From contig JBFLXA010000012.1 in the NCBI GenBank assembly GCA_040757575.1, forward strand, positions 4,707-68,706: a DNA stretch of 64,000 nucleotides, read 5' to 3'. The notes beneath the pieces are model-generated. The model saw only the letters and a list, made by a program, of their open reading frames with translations. It had not been told where the DNA came from and did not search any database. This stretch comes from Pseudomonadota bacterium. Its GTDB lineage: Bacteria > Pseudomonadota > Gammaproteobacteria > Burkholderiales > Thiobacillaceae. Every line of letters starts with the position of its first letter. Position 1 is the stretch's first letter. The translations under genes were made by a program, and so were the position numbers. Positions 1-9,783 of this stretch are shown here, one piece after another.

Positions 1-470
1 ACTGCCACGGCGACGGCATGAGCGTGGGCCAGTCCATGCCCAGCATCGGCGGCCTGTCCGCCACCTACCTGGAACACGTGATGCAGCAGTGGAAGACCGG
101 CGAACGGTATTCCGCTGTCATGGGCCGACTCATCAAGGGCTATACCGACCAGGAAATTGCTGCCCTGGCCGACTATTTCTCCAAGCAGCCCTGGAAGCCC
201 GCGCCCCAGACCCTGGACGCCAAACTGGTAGCCCACGGCAAGGACGCCGCCGAGCGTTGTTCCAGTTGCCACGGCGACACCGGCGTGCCGGAAGACGACG
301 AAACCCCTCGCCTCACCGGGCAATGGGCCAAATACATGGAACTGGAGTTGATGAAGTACCGGGACGAGGCCGTGACCATGCCCCACAAGAAGATGCGCAC
401 CAACGCCAAGAAGCTGGCGCCCGAAGACGTGGCCGCTGCCACCGCCCATTACGCCAGCCAACAGAAATAA
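1..470 (+). CDS. fccA: c-type cytochrome subunit of flavocytochrome c sulfide dehydrogenase (FccA/SoxE-like); 5' end lies outside the window
   Basis: Frame is open from base 3 (C-H-G-D, the tail of a CxxCH motif at the window edge). A second heme motif CSSCH is present. The gene ends 13 nt before the FccB-like flavoprotein gene. Confidence 0.7.
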   Translation, partial: CHGDGMSVGQSMPSIGGLSATYLEHVMQQWKTGERYSAVMGRLIKGYTDQEIAALADYFSKQPWKPAPQTLDAKLVAHGKDAAERCSSCHGDTGVPEDDETPRLTGQWAKYMELELMKYRDEAVTMPHKKMRTNAKKLAPEDVAAATAHYASQQK

Positions 471-483
471 GAAAGGAGACGCC

Positions 484-1790
484 ATGAGCCTCAAACCTAC
501 CTTTACCCGCCGCGCCTTCATCCAATCCCTGGCGGCCGCCGGCTCCGCCGCCGTGCTCACCGTGCCTCGCACCGCCCACGCCGCCGCCGCCAAGGCCAAG
601 GTGGTGGTCATCGGCGGCGGTTTCGCCGGTTCCACCGCTGCCAAGTACATCAAGACCATGGATCCGGCCATCGATGTCACCCTCATCGAGCCCAACACCA
701 CCTACACGTCCTGCCCCCTGTCCAACGAGGTGCTGTCCGGCCACCGGGACATCAGCACCCTGCAAACCGGCTATGGCGCTGCTGCCAAGCGGGGCATCAA
801 CCTGGTGCACGAACATGTGGGCAGCGTGGACCCGGCCAAAAAGACCGTCACCACCGCCAGCGGCAATACCCTGGCCTACGATGCCCTGGTGATGGCCCCC
901 GGTATTTCGTTCCAATACGAGGCCGTGGAGGGCTACTCGAAGGAGGCTGCCCAGTTGCTGCCCCATGCCTATAAGGCCGGCGAACAGACCCTGCTGTTGA
1001 AGAAGCAACTGGAGGCCATGCCCGACGGCGGCACCTTCATCATCTCCGTGCCCACCAAGCCCTTCCGCTGCCCGCCCGGGCCCTATGAGCGGGCCGCCCA
1101 GGTGGCCAGCTACCTGAAGCACCACGGCAAGGCCAAGTCCAAGGTGGTGATCCTGGACGCCAACGATTCCTTCTCCAAGAAAGGGTTGTTCGAGCAGGGC
1201 TGGAAGGCCCTCTACCCGGGAATGATCGAGTGGGTGGCCGGGGCCGCTGGCGGCAAGGTCACCAAGGTGGACGCCGCCACCCGTACCGCCTACACCGACT
1301 TCCACGAGATGAAGGCGGACGTGCTGAACCTGATCCCACCCCACGTGGCGGGAAAGATCGCCCAGCAGACCGGGCTGACCAACGCCAACGGCTGGTGCGA
1401 GGTGGTACCCATGACCATGGAATCCACGGTGCACAAGGACATCTATCCGGTGGGGGATGCCTGCATCGCCGGGGAACTGCCGGTGTTCGACATGCCCAAA
1501 TCCGCCCACATGGCCATCACCCAGGCCAAGGTGGCGGCGGCGCCATCGTCGCCAGGCTGAACGGTCTGCCCACCCCCCAGCCCTGGTACGTGAACACCTG
1601 CTTCAGCACCCTGGCGCCGGATTACGGCATCTCCGTGGTGCACGTCTACCGGGTTACGGACAACCAGTTCGTGTATGTGAAGGAAGCAGGAGGCATCTCT
1701 CCCCTGGATGCGCCTCCGATTCAACGAAAACTTGAAGCGGAGTACTGCGTGGGCTGGTTCAACAACGTCATGGCGGATGCCTTCGCCTAG
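484..1790 (+). pseudogene. fccB: flavocytochrome c sulfide dehydrogenase flavoprotein subunit (FccB); frame broken by an apparent 1-nt deletion near 1531-1545
   Basis: ORF 484..1560 has a Tat-type signal (TRRAFIQ) and the GGGFAG FAD fold. An FccB-like C-terminus (YVNTCFS, GWFNNVMADAF) continues in the frame of ORF 1230..1790. The two frames join at QAKVAAA|AIVARLNG inside a GGCGGCGGCG run. Confidence 0.7.
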
Positions 1791-1807
1791 GGCACCGGCT
1801 TCATCCA

Positions 1808-1895
1808 CCCGGGTTCCCCCATCCCCGGCCCTTCCCCCGCGGGGGAAGGGAGTACATCCCCCTATCCCCCCGGGAGAGGGTAGGTGTGAGGGAGC
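1808..1895. repeat. REP-like element, family A (C5/G5 hairpin)
   Basis: Perfect palindrome CCCTTCCCCCGCGGGGGAAGGG at 1829-1850, plus a second imperfect hairpin. Related copies occur at seven other loci in the window. Confidence 0.75.
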
Positions 1896-1935
1896 ACCGT
1901 ATCCATAGCCTTAACCCTTCATTCCAGGAGGCACC

Positions 1936-3432
1936 ATGTCCCTCTTTCGCACCCGGCTGATGCTTGTCATCGGCCTGTTCGGCGGCCTGGCCGCCAGCAT
2001 GATGTATTCCGCCAACGCGGTGACCCCGCCGGAGCCCGCCCAGTTGGTGGAAGGCCCCACGGCGGCCTGCAAACCGTCCAACCTGGCCATCAAGGATGAC
2101 CGCAAGCTCAAGGCCGAGGACTTCGAGGAGCCCAAGGCCTGCGGCAAGTGTCATGAGCGCCAGTACAAGGGTTGGAACGGTTCCATGCACTCCCTCGCCT
2201 TCAAGGACCCGGTGTTCCAGGCGGAGTGGGCCCTGGCCTTCAAGGCCACGGATGGCCATGCCCTGAACGACTGCGGTGGCTGCCACACCCCCATCGGCGT
2301 GGCTACCGGCACGGTCAAGTTCGACCCCACGCTCGGCAAGCACGGCGGTTTTACCGCCCCCAAGGTGGCGGAGCATGGAGTGTCCTGTGACGTGTGCCAC
2401 TCGGTATCCGGCTCCACGGCGAAAAAGACCTTCAATGGTCAGCCGGGCAATGCCTCCATTGAGCTGAACCCGGGGGAGACCAAGTACGGCCCCTTCAAGG
2501 ATGCCAAGTCCGGCTACCACGAGACGGAGTATTCGGAACTGCACACCAAGGCCGAGTTCTGCGGCAGTTGCCACAACATCTTCCACTCCCAGAACCAGTT
2601 CCCCATCGAGCATACTTACGACGAATGGAAGAACTCCGCCTACGGCCAGGCCGGCATTCCCTGTCAGGACTGCCACATGGTGCCGGTGGACGTGGCCATC
2701 CAGGTGGCGGACCGCATGATCCGCGCCAAGGACGTGCCCAACCACGGCCTGGGGGGCATCGCCGCCAAGGGCTCCAAGAAGGAACGGGAGCTGGTCCATG
2801 ACCACGGCTTCGTGGGGGGCAACACGGTGATTGCCGCTGCCCTGGGAGTGCCTGGCGCCGAGGAGAACAAGGCCGAGGCCGTCAAGCGCCTGCAGAACGC
2901 TGCCGACATGGACATGGAGGTGAGGAAAGGCAAAGGCGGCGCCAACGAGTTGCGCATCAAGGTCACCAACGTGCGCGCTGGCCACCATCTGCCCACCAGC
3001 CTCACTTTCATCCGTCGCATCTGGTTGGACGTGACCATCACCGACGACCAGGGCCGCGTCATCCTGCGTTCTGGCGAGCTTGACGAGCACAACCGGGTGG
3101 ACAAGGACACGGTGATCTTCGGCAACCATTCCGTGGACAAACACGGCAAGCCCACGGTGAACCCCTGGGAGATCGCCGGCTTCGATGAGCTCAACACCAT
3201 CCCGCCCAAGGGCCACCGCTACGGCATCTATGCCTTCCAGCTGCCGGCCGATGCCCAGGGCTTCAAGGTGGTGGCCAAGCTCAACTACCAGTCCTACGAC
3301 CAGAAGGTGGCGGACAAGCTCCTGGGGGACAAGGCCATCAAGGTGCCTACCGTGGAGATGAAGGCCCTGAACCGGACCTATGACACCAGTCTCAAGCAGG
3401 TGACCACCCCGGAAAAGGTGGCTGCCCGCTGA
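1936..3432 (+). CDS. secreted pentaheme c-type cytochrome with a non-heme C-terminal domain
   Basis: N-terminal signal/anchor. Five CxxCH motifs (CGKCH, CGGCH, CDVCH, CGSCH, CQDCH). GGAGG RBS upstream of the ATG. The last ~200 aa have no heme motif. Confidence 0.8.
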   Translation: MSLFRTRLMLVIGLFGGLAASMMYSANAVTPPEPAQLVEGPTAACKPSNLAIKDDRKLKAEDFEEPKACGKCHERQYKGWNGSMHSLAFKDPVFQAEWALAFKATDGHALNDCGGCHTPIGVATGTVKFDPTLGKHGGFTAPKVAEHGVSCDVCHSVSGSTAKKTFNGQPGNASIELNPGETKYGPFKDAKSGYHETEYSELHTKAEFCGSCHNIFHSQNQFPIEHTYDEWKNSAYGQAGIPCQDCHMVPVDVAIQVADRMIRAKDVPNHGLGGIAAKGSKKERELVHDHGFVGGNTVIAAALGVPGAEENKAEAVKRLQNAADMDMEVRKGKGGANELRIKVTNVRAGHHLPTSLTFIRRIWLDVTITDDQGRVILRSGELDEHNRVDKDTVIFGNHSVDKHGKPTVNPWEIAGFDELNTIPPKGHRYGIYAFQLPADAQGFKVVAKLNYQSYDQKVADKLLGDKAIKVPTVEMKALNRTYDTSLKQVTTPEKVAAR

Positions 3433-3515
3433 AAACCGCTCCTCCAGCCCGACGGTTCGCCGTCGGCTTTCGCCGGCGCCGGCAACGGCGTCGGTTTTTT
3501 TACTGGATTCCCGCC

Positions 3516-4565
3516 ATGAACAAGACCCTGATCCTGATCGGGGCGGCAAGCCTGGCCAGTTCCGTAGGTGCCGCCCCTCCGGAGTTGCGCGCAGCCTATG
3601 TGCCCCTGTCGGCCGCTGCCCCTGTCCCGGCGGACAACCCCATGACGGCGGAGAAGATCGAGCTGGGCAAGCAGCTGTTCTTCGATCCCCGTTTTTCTTC
3701 CACGGGCACCGTGTCCTGCAACACCTGTCACAACCTCATGTTGGGGGGTGACGACGGCCGCCCCACCTCCATGGGCGTGCATGGCCTGACCGGTCCCCGC
3801 AATGCCCCCACGGTCTGGAACGCTGCCTTCCATGCCAGCCAGTTCTGGGACGGCCGTGCCGCCAGCCTTGAAGAACAGGCCCAGGGGCCCGTGGTGGCCG
3901 CCGTGGAAATGGGTATGAAGGACCTGGACGACGCCATTGGCCGGGTGCGGGCCATCCCTGGCTACCGGACGGCCTTCGCCCGGGTGTTTCCGGGCTCGGG
4001 TCCAGACCACGAGCCTGTCACCGTGGCCAATGCTGCCAAGGCGGTGGCCGCCTTCGAGCGCACCCTCATCACCCCGGACAGTCCCTATGACCGCTGGGCG
4101 GCGGGGGATGCTGCCGCCCTGAGCGCCCAGCAGATACGCGGCCTGGAAACCTTCGACCGGCTGGGCTGCGCAGGCTGCCACCAGCCGCCCACCTTCGCCG
4201 GCCCGGCTAAGCCCCGGGGGCATTTTGCCCAGTTTCCCTTCCACGACACGCCCTATGTGGATGCTTACCAGTTGAAGGACGACCCGGGGCGCCAGGCGGT
4301 CACCGGCCGGGAGCGGGACCGGCACAAATACAAGATCCCAACCCTGCGCAATGTGGCCCTTACGGCGCCCTATTTCCACAATGGTGCCGTGAGTACCCTG
4401 GACGAGGCGGTGCGGGTCATGGCCAAGTCCCAGTTGAATGCCAGTCTGTCGGCACCGGAAGTGGCGGACATCGTTGCCTTCCTGGAAGCCCTGTCCGGCG
4501 GTTTTCCCCCCATGGCTCTGCCCCGGCTGCCGTCCACTCCGGGCAGCAGCCTGCTGGCGCCATGA
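3516..4565 (+). CDS. di-heme cytochrome c peroxidase (CcpA/MauG family)
   Basis: Signal peptide. Heme motifs CNTCH and CAGCH. Conserved CCP blocks PRNAPTVWNAAF, FWDGRA and PTLRNVALTAPYFHNG. Confidence 0.85.
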   Translation: MNKTLILIGAASLASSVGAAPPELRAAYVPLSAAAPVPADNPMTAEKIELGKQLFFDPRFSSTGTVSCNTCHNLMLGGDDGRPTSMGVHGLTGPRNAPTVWNAAFHASQFWDGRAASLEEQAQGPVVAAVEMGMKDLDDAIGRVRAIPGYRTAFARVFPGSGPDHEPVTVANAAKAVAAFERTLITPDSPYDRWAAGDAAALSAQQIRGLETFDRLGCAGCHQPPTFAGPAKPRGHFAQFPFHDTPYVDAYQLKDDPGRQAVTGRERDRHKYKIPTLRNVALTAPYFHNGAVSTLDEAVRVMAKSQLNASLSAPEVADIVAFLEALSGGFPPMALPRLPSTPGSSLLAP

Positions 4566-5083
4566 GCCAGACAGCCAGTGTGGGCAGTGCCAGTTTGAGG
4601 GTGCTGCTGGCGGTGCCCAACGATTTCATCCGCTTGCCCCTGGCAAGGCTCCTGACTGAAACCCTGGGCCACCAGGTGACGGCCTGTGGTCAGGGCCATG
4701 AGGTCATGGCGGGGCTGGATCTGGCCCAGCCCCAGGTGGTCATTGCCGATTGGTCGATGCCTGGCCTGGACGGGGCCGCCCTGTGCCACGCCGTACGTGG
4801 CGCGGAATGGGGGCAGGGCACCTACTGCCTGCTGTTGTTTTCCCTGGCCAGCGAGATCAGTCTGGCGGAGGCCTTCCGGGCCGGGGCCGACGATTATCTG
4901 ATCAAGCCTGTCCATGCCCGGGATCTACGGCTACGTCTACAGGCTGCGGCCCGCAAGCTGGAAACCTACGTGGCCTGGGAACTGGATCGGGCCCGTCTCA
5001 AGGCTGTCGAAGCGGAACTGGTCCGCTGCTGTCCAGGGGCCTTGCAGCCGTGTTTGTCAGCAGCGGGGCAGGGGGGCGCATAA
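4562..5083 (+). CDS. stand-alone response-regulator receiver protein
   Basis: Phospho-acceptor context VVIADWSMPGLDG and conserved Lys in DYLIKP. The start overlaps the ccp stop (ATGA). Confidence 0.7.
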   Translation: MSQTASVGSASLRVLLAVPNDFIRLPLARLLTETLGHQVTACGQGHEVMAGLDLAQPQVVIADWSMPGLDGAALCHAVRGAEWGQGTYCLLLFSLASEISLAEAFRAGADDYLIKPVHARDLRLRLQAAARKLETYVAWELDRARLKAVEAELVRCCPGALQPCLSAAGQGGA

Positions 5084-5109
5084 GTCCGGGTTTACAAGCC
5101 AGGCCGGTC

Positions 5110-6996
5110 TTAGCCGGCTGCCTTCGACTCCAGTTCCTCCCAGCGGGCCAGCAGGCCCAGCAGAGCATCCTCGATCTCCGTTGCCCGGGCGTTGAGGGCG
5201 GCGGCCTGGACGTGGTCGGCGTAGATGGCCGGGTCTGCCAGTTTGCCGGCCAGTTCGGCCTGTTCCGTTTCCAGGGCTTCGATCTGGCCGGGCAGGGCTT
5301 CCAATTCCTTCTGTTCCTTGTAGCTCAGGCCGCTCTTCCTGGGCTTGGTCGCAGCAGGCGGGGCTTTGGCGGCGGCGGGTTTGGCATCCGGGGCCGTTTC
5401 AGCCGGCCAGCGGCGCCGCCAGTCCTGCCAGTCGGCGTAGCCGCCGGGCAGTTCCAGCAGCCTGCCCGGGGTGTGTGCATCCCCGGCAAAGACGATGCTT
5501 TGCGTCACCACGTTGTCCAGGAAGGCCCGGTCGTGGGACACGAGGATCACCGTGCCCGGGTAGTCCTGGAGCAGTTGTTCCAGCAGTTCCAGGGTGTCGA
5601 TGTCCAGGTCGTTGGTGGGCTCGTCCAGCACCAGCAGGTTGGCGGGGCGGGCGAACAGGCGGGCCAGCAGCAGGCGGTTGCGCTCGCCACCGGACAGGGC
5701 GGAGACCTTGGCCCGGGCCCGTTCGGCGGGGAAGAGGAACTCTTCCAGGTAGCCGATGACGTGCTTCTTCTGGCCGCCGATCTCCACGTAATCCGAACCC
5801 GGGGAGATGGTGTCGATGAGGGTGGCGTTGTCGTCCAGCTGGTTGCGGAACTGGTCGAAGTAGGCCACTTCCTGGCGGGTGCCCCGCTTGATGCGGCCTG
5901 CGTCCGGTTCCAGTTCCCCCAGGATGAGCTTGATGAGGGTGGTCTTGCCGGCGCCATTGGGACCGATGAGCCCCAGTTTGTCGCCCCGGATGATGCGGGT
6001 GGAGAAGTCCTTGATCAGGGTCCGGCCGGCGAAGCCGTGGCTGACGTTGAAGAACTCGGCGATCATCTGGCCGGAACGTTCTCCGGCATCCAGGGCAAAG
6101 CCCATCTGGCCCAGGCGCGCCTGGCGGGCGGCCCGGTCCCGGCGTAATTGTTCCAGGCGCCGCACCCGGCCCTCGTTGCGGGTCCGCCGGGCCTCTATGC
6201 CCTTGCGGATCCATACCTCTTCCTGCTTCCAGAACTTGTCGAACTTGCGGTTCTGCTGGGCTTCCACCTCCAGCTGGTCCGCCTTGCGGGCCTGGTAGGC
6301 GGCGAAATTCCCCTGGTAGGCCCGCAGGATGCCCCGGTCCAGTTCCACGATGCGGTTGGCCACCCGGTCCAGGAAGGCCCGGTCGTGGGTGACGAACAGC
6401 AGGGCGCCGGGGAACTCCGCCAGCAGCCCTTCCAGCCACTCGATGGCGGTGAAATCCAGGTGGTTGGTGGGCTCGTCCAGCAGCAGCAATTCAGGTTCGG
6501 AGGCCAGGGCCCGGGCCAGGGCCACCCGCTTCTTGGTGCCGCCGGACAGGGTGTCCACTACGGCATCCGCGTCCAGTTCCAGACGGGCGATGGTTTCCTC
6601 CACCCGGCTGTTCAGGCGCCAGGCGTCATGGACTTCCAGTTCGTGGGACAGGCGTTCCATTTCCGCCATGTCGCCCCCGTGGGTGGCGGCGTGGTAGGCC
6701 TCCAGCAGGCCATGGGCGGGGCCGGCCCCGGCGGCTACCGCCTGGAAGACTGTGTGGCCCGGCGTGAATTCCGGCTCCTGGGGCACAAAGGCCAGGCGCA
6801 GGTCCGGCTTCCTCCAGACCACGCCGTCGTCAGGCTGGACCGCGCCGGAAACGACCTTCAGCAGGCTGGACTTGCCCGCGCCGTTGCGGCCGATGAGGCC
6901 GATGCGCTCGCCCTTGTCGATGACCAGGGCGGCGCCATCCAGCAGGGGCCAGTGGCCGTAGGCGAGGGATACATTGTCAAGGGTCAGGTAAGGCAT
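5110..6996 (-). CDS. uup: ABC-F family ATPase (Uup-like)
   Basis: Two ABC cassettes (Walker A GRNGAGKSS and GPNGAGKTT; signatures LSGGTKKR and LSGGERNR), no TM segments, C-terminal coiled coil. The likely start is MPYLTLDNV, the 13th codon of the track ORF. Confidence 0.85.
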   Translation of the reverse strand: MPYLTLDNVSLAYGHWPLLDGAALVIDKGERIGLIGRNGAGKSSLLKVVSGAVQPDDGVVWRKPDLRLAFVPQEPEFTPGHTVFQAVAAGAGPAHGLLEAYHAATHGGDMAEMERLSHELEVHDAWRLNSRVEETIARLELDADAVVDTLSGGTKKRVALARALASEPELLLLDEPTNHLDFTAIEWLEGLLAEFPGALLFVTHDRAFLDRVANRIVELDRGILRAYQGNFAAYQARKADQLEVEAQQNRKFDKFWKQEEVWIRKGIEARRTRNEGRVRRLEQLRRDRAARQARLGQMGFALDAGERSGQMIAEFFNVSHGFAGRTLIKDFSTRIIRGDKLGLIGPNGAGKTTLIKLILGELEPDAGRIKRGTRQEVAYFDQFRNQLDDNATLIDTISPGSDYVEIGGQKKHVIGYLEEFLFPAERARAKVSALSGGERNRLLLARLFARPANLLVLDEPTNDLDIDTLELLEQLLQDYPGTVILVSHDRAFLDNVVTQSIVFAGDAHTPGRLLELPGGYADWQDWRRRWPAETAPDAKPAAAKAPPAATKPRKSGLSYKEQKELEALPGQIEALETEQAELAGKLADPAIYADHVQAAALNARATEIEDALLGLLARWEELESKAAG

Positions 6997-7137
6997 GGGG
7001 CGCGTCGGGCAATGGCCCTGGCGGCAGGCCACCCGGGCGTGAAAAATGCGAAGCTTACAGGCAACCGGGCCCCGGGCTCCTCCCGCCGCACATCCAATGG
7101 CGCCCAGTCAGGCACTTCAAGATAAAATGCCGCCCTC

Positions 7138-7213
7138 GCCCCCGTAGCTCAGTGGATAGAGCATCCCCCTCCTAAGGGGAGGGTCACACGTTCGATTCGT
7201 GTCGGGGGCGCCA
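7138..7213 (+). tRNA. tRNA-Arg (anticodon CCT)
   Basis: Hand-folded 76-nt cloverleaf: acceptor GCCCCCG/CGGGGGC, D arm GCTC-AGTGGATA-GAGC, anticodon stem TCCCC/GGGGA with loop CTCCTAA, T arm ACACG-TTCGATT-CGTGT, encoded CCA. Confidence 0.9.
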
Positions 7214-7261
7214 ACCATGGCGCGGAATTCGACTATTTCTTTTTCCGCAAGGATCCGCGGT

Positions 7262-7747
7262 TTAACCCAGCAGAGCCTCGATATCCCGGGCAAGGTCAGC
7301 CGGCGCGGTAGTCGGGGCAAAGCGGCGCATCACGCGACCCTGTCGATCGCACAGAAACTTCGTGAAGTTCCACTTGATGGCTTCGCTTCCCAGTAGCCCC
7401 GGGGCAGCCTGGGTCAGGTGTCGGAACAGGGGGTGGGCGTCTGGTCCCTTAACCAGGATTTTGCCGGACAGGGGAAAGGTGACGTCGTAGCGGGTCGTGC
7501 AGAAGGCACGTATCTGGGCGGCTTCGCCGGGTTCCTGATGGCCGAACTGGTCGCAGGGGCAGCCCAGCACCACCAGGCCTTTTTCCCGGTATGTGCGCCA
7601 AAGGCTTTCCAGGCCGGCGTATTGGGGCGTGAAACCGCATTCACTGGCGGTGTTCACTACCAGGAGCACGCGGCCAGCGTAGTCCGCCAAGTTCAGAGTG
7701 CCACCGTCCAGGGCGGGCAGGGTGAAGTCGTGGAGAGTCAGGGACAT
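7262..7747 (-). CDS. glutathione peroxidase (Cys-type, BtuE/Gpx family)
   Basis: Conserved Gpx blocks VVNTASECGFT, LGCPCDQFGHQEPG and WNFTKFL. Confidence 0.9.
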   Translation of the reverse strand: MSLTLHDFTLPALDGGTLNLADYAGRVLLVVNTASECGFTPQYAGLESLWRTYREKGLVVLGCPCDQFGHQEPGEAAQIRAFCTTRYDVTFPLSGKILVKGPDAHPLFRHLTQAAPGLLGSEAIKWNFTKFLCDRQGRVMRRFAPTTAPADLARDIEALLG

Positions 7748-7867
7748 GCGGGGTATCCGGCGTTGAAGCGGTGACTTGCTCGAAGGTGCATGGCTTGAGG
7801 TGCAGGGTCAAGTGGTCTGCCTCAAGCATGTTTATATGCGGGTCAGGGTCATGACCATTGAGCGTTT

Positions 7868-7902
7868 GAAAATCCCTGCCCGCTGTGTCGGGGCGGGCAG
7901 GG
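7868..7902 (-). terminator. rho-independent terminator downstream of the 137-aa ORF
   Basis: 10-bp GC stem CCCTGCCCGC (7874-7883) / GCGGGCAGGG (7893-7902). On the minus strand it is followed by ATTTT. Confidence 0.6.
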
Positions 7903-7911
7903 AGCGGGGCC

Positions 7912-8325
7912 TCAGTATTGATCCGCCATCCACTCGTCCAGGGGAACACAGGCCCGTTCGTTGGGCTGGGTGCGATCTCCAAGCATGGGGGCCAGACAGA
8001 TGTATTCAACGCCATCCTCGGCGACCAGGTTGCGGACAGGCTGCTTGCCGACGGTTTCGTAGCCGGCCGCCTCCATGAGGATGAAATCGAACTTGTCGCC
8101 AACGCTGACTTCCAGACGCCCGCCATTGCCTTCGCCATACTTGGCCCACCAGGATTCCGGATTGATGCCGTCATAGCTATGGGATACGGCATGGGTGTCA
8201 TGCTGATGCCAGGCAATGATGGTGGGATCGCGCATCTGGCTGTCGCAGGCAGCGGCTTTGGCGATGCGACTGGCCAGGGCAAAGGACAGGTCTTGATCGG
8301 GGTGGGCGACGTGAAGGTTTTGCAT
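7912..8325 (-). CDS. hypothetical protein (137 aa), family not recognised
   Basis: Clean ORF with its own terminator hairpin and an upstream palindrome pair. No motif I can name. Confidence 0.55.
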   Translation of the reverse strand: MQNLHVAHPDQDLSFALASRIAKAAACDSQMRDPTIIAWHQHDTHAVSHSYDGINPESWWAKYGEGNGGRLEVSVGDKFDFILMEAAGYETVGKQPVRNLVAEDGVEYICLAPMLGDRTQPNERACVPLDEWMADQY

Positions 8326-8383
8326 GGTCTTCTCCTTGTATGAGGTGGCGTGCGGTGGTCGTTGGATGAACCGCCACCATTAC

Positions 8384-8446
8384 TGTCTAGGACAAAAAAG
8401 CACATTTACAAGGAAAACACGAATAAACGCATAAGTGTCCAGGACA
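8384..8446. promoter_or_regulatory. pair of near-identical palindromic operator-like sites upstream of the 137-aa ORF
   Basis: ACTGTCTAGGACAA (core 8384-8394) and AGTGTCCAGGACAA (core 8436-8446), each an inverted repeat TGTCY-A-GGACA. Centres are 52 bp apart. Extra TGTCC half-sites at 8454 and 8466. Confidence 0.4.
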
Positions 8447-8523
8447 ATTATGCTGTCCACCCCGCTGTCCAAAGGGGTTGCATCCGGTCGTAGCCGTAGC
8501 GCAAATTTGGCGAGCCTCCGTCT

Positions 8524-9303
<780 letters not shown>

Positions 9304-9314
9304 TTATTCCGGGC

Positions 9315-9330
9315 TGGCATGGGCATTGCA
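9315..9330 (+). promoter_or_regulatory. sigma54 -24/-12 promoter of iscA(nif)-nifU-nifS
   Basis: TGGCAT-GGGCA-TTGCA, 41 nt upstream of the ATG at 9371. Confidence 0.75.
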
Positions 9331-9370
9331 CTTGCACACTCGTACAACCGATATCCGAGAGGAGTGCACC

Positions 9371-9694
9371 ATGATCAACCTGACCCCCAAAGCCCAGACT
9401 GCCATCGGCAATTTCATCAAGGGGTCCGCCACGCCCGTGGCCGGCCTGCGCATCGCCATCTCCGGCGGTGGCTGCTCCGGCTTCCAGTACAACATGCGTC
9501 TGGAAGAGGCCAAGGCCGACGACGACATGGTGGTGGAAATCGAAGGCGTGACCCTGCTGGTGGACCCCTTCTCCGCCCCCTTGCTGACCGGGGTGACGGT
9601 GGATTTCGTCGATAGCCTGAACGGTTCGGGCTTCAAGTTCGAGAACCCCAACGCCAGCAGCAGTTGTGCCTGCGGTTCCTCCTTCTCCGCCTGA
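9371..9694 (+). CDS. HesB/IscA-family Fe-S cluster carrier (nif-associated)
   Basis: C-terminal CACGSSF motif and GGGCSGFQY block. GAGAGGAG RBS before the ATG (codon 16 of the track ORF). Confidence 0.85.
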   Translation: MINLTPKAQTAIGNFIKGSATPVAGLRIAISGGGCSGFQYNMRLEEAKADDDMVVEIEGVTLLVDPFSAPLLTGVTVDFVDSLNGSGFKFENPNASSSCACGSSFSA

Positions 9695-9720
9695 TGTGTT
9701 CACGCCGATGAAACGCATTT

Positions 9721-9762
9721 CCCTCTCCCCCAGCCCCTCTCCCGCTTGCGGGCGAGGGGAGC
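9721..9762. repeat. REP-like element, family A
   Basis: CCCTCTCCCCCAGCCCCTCTCCCGCTTGCGGGCGAGGGGAGC in the iscA-nifU spacer. Confidence 0.75.
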
Positions 9763-9783
9763 ACAACCAGTAAGGAGCCCGCC

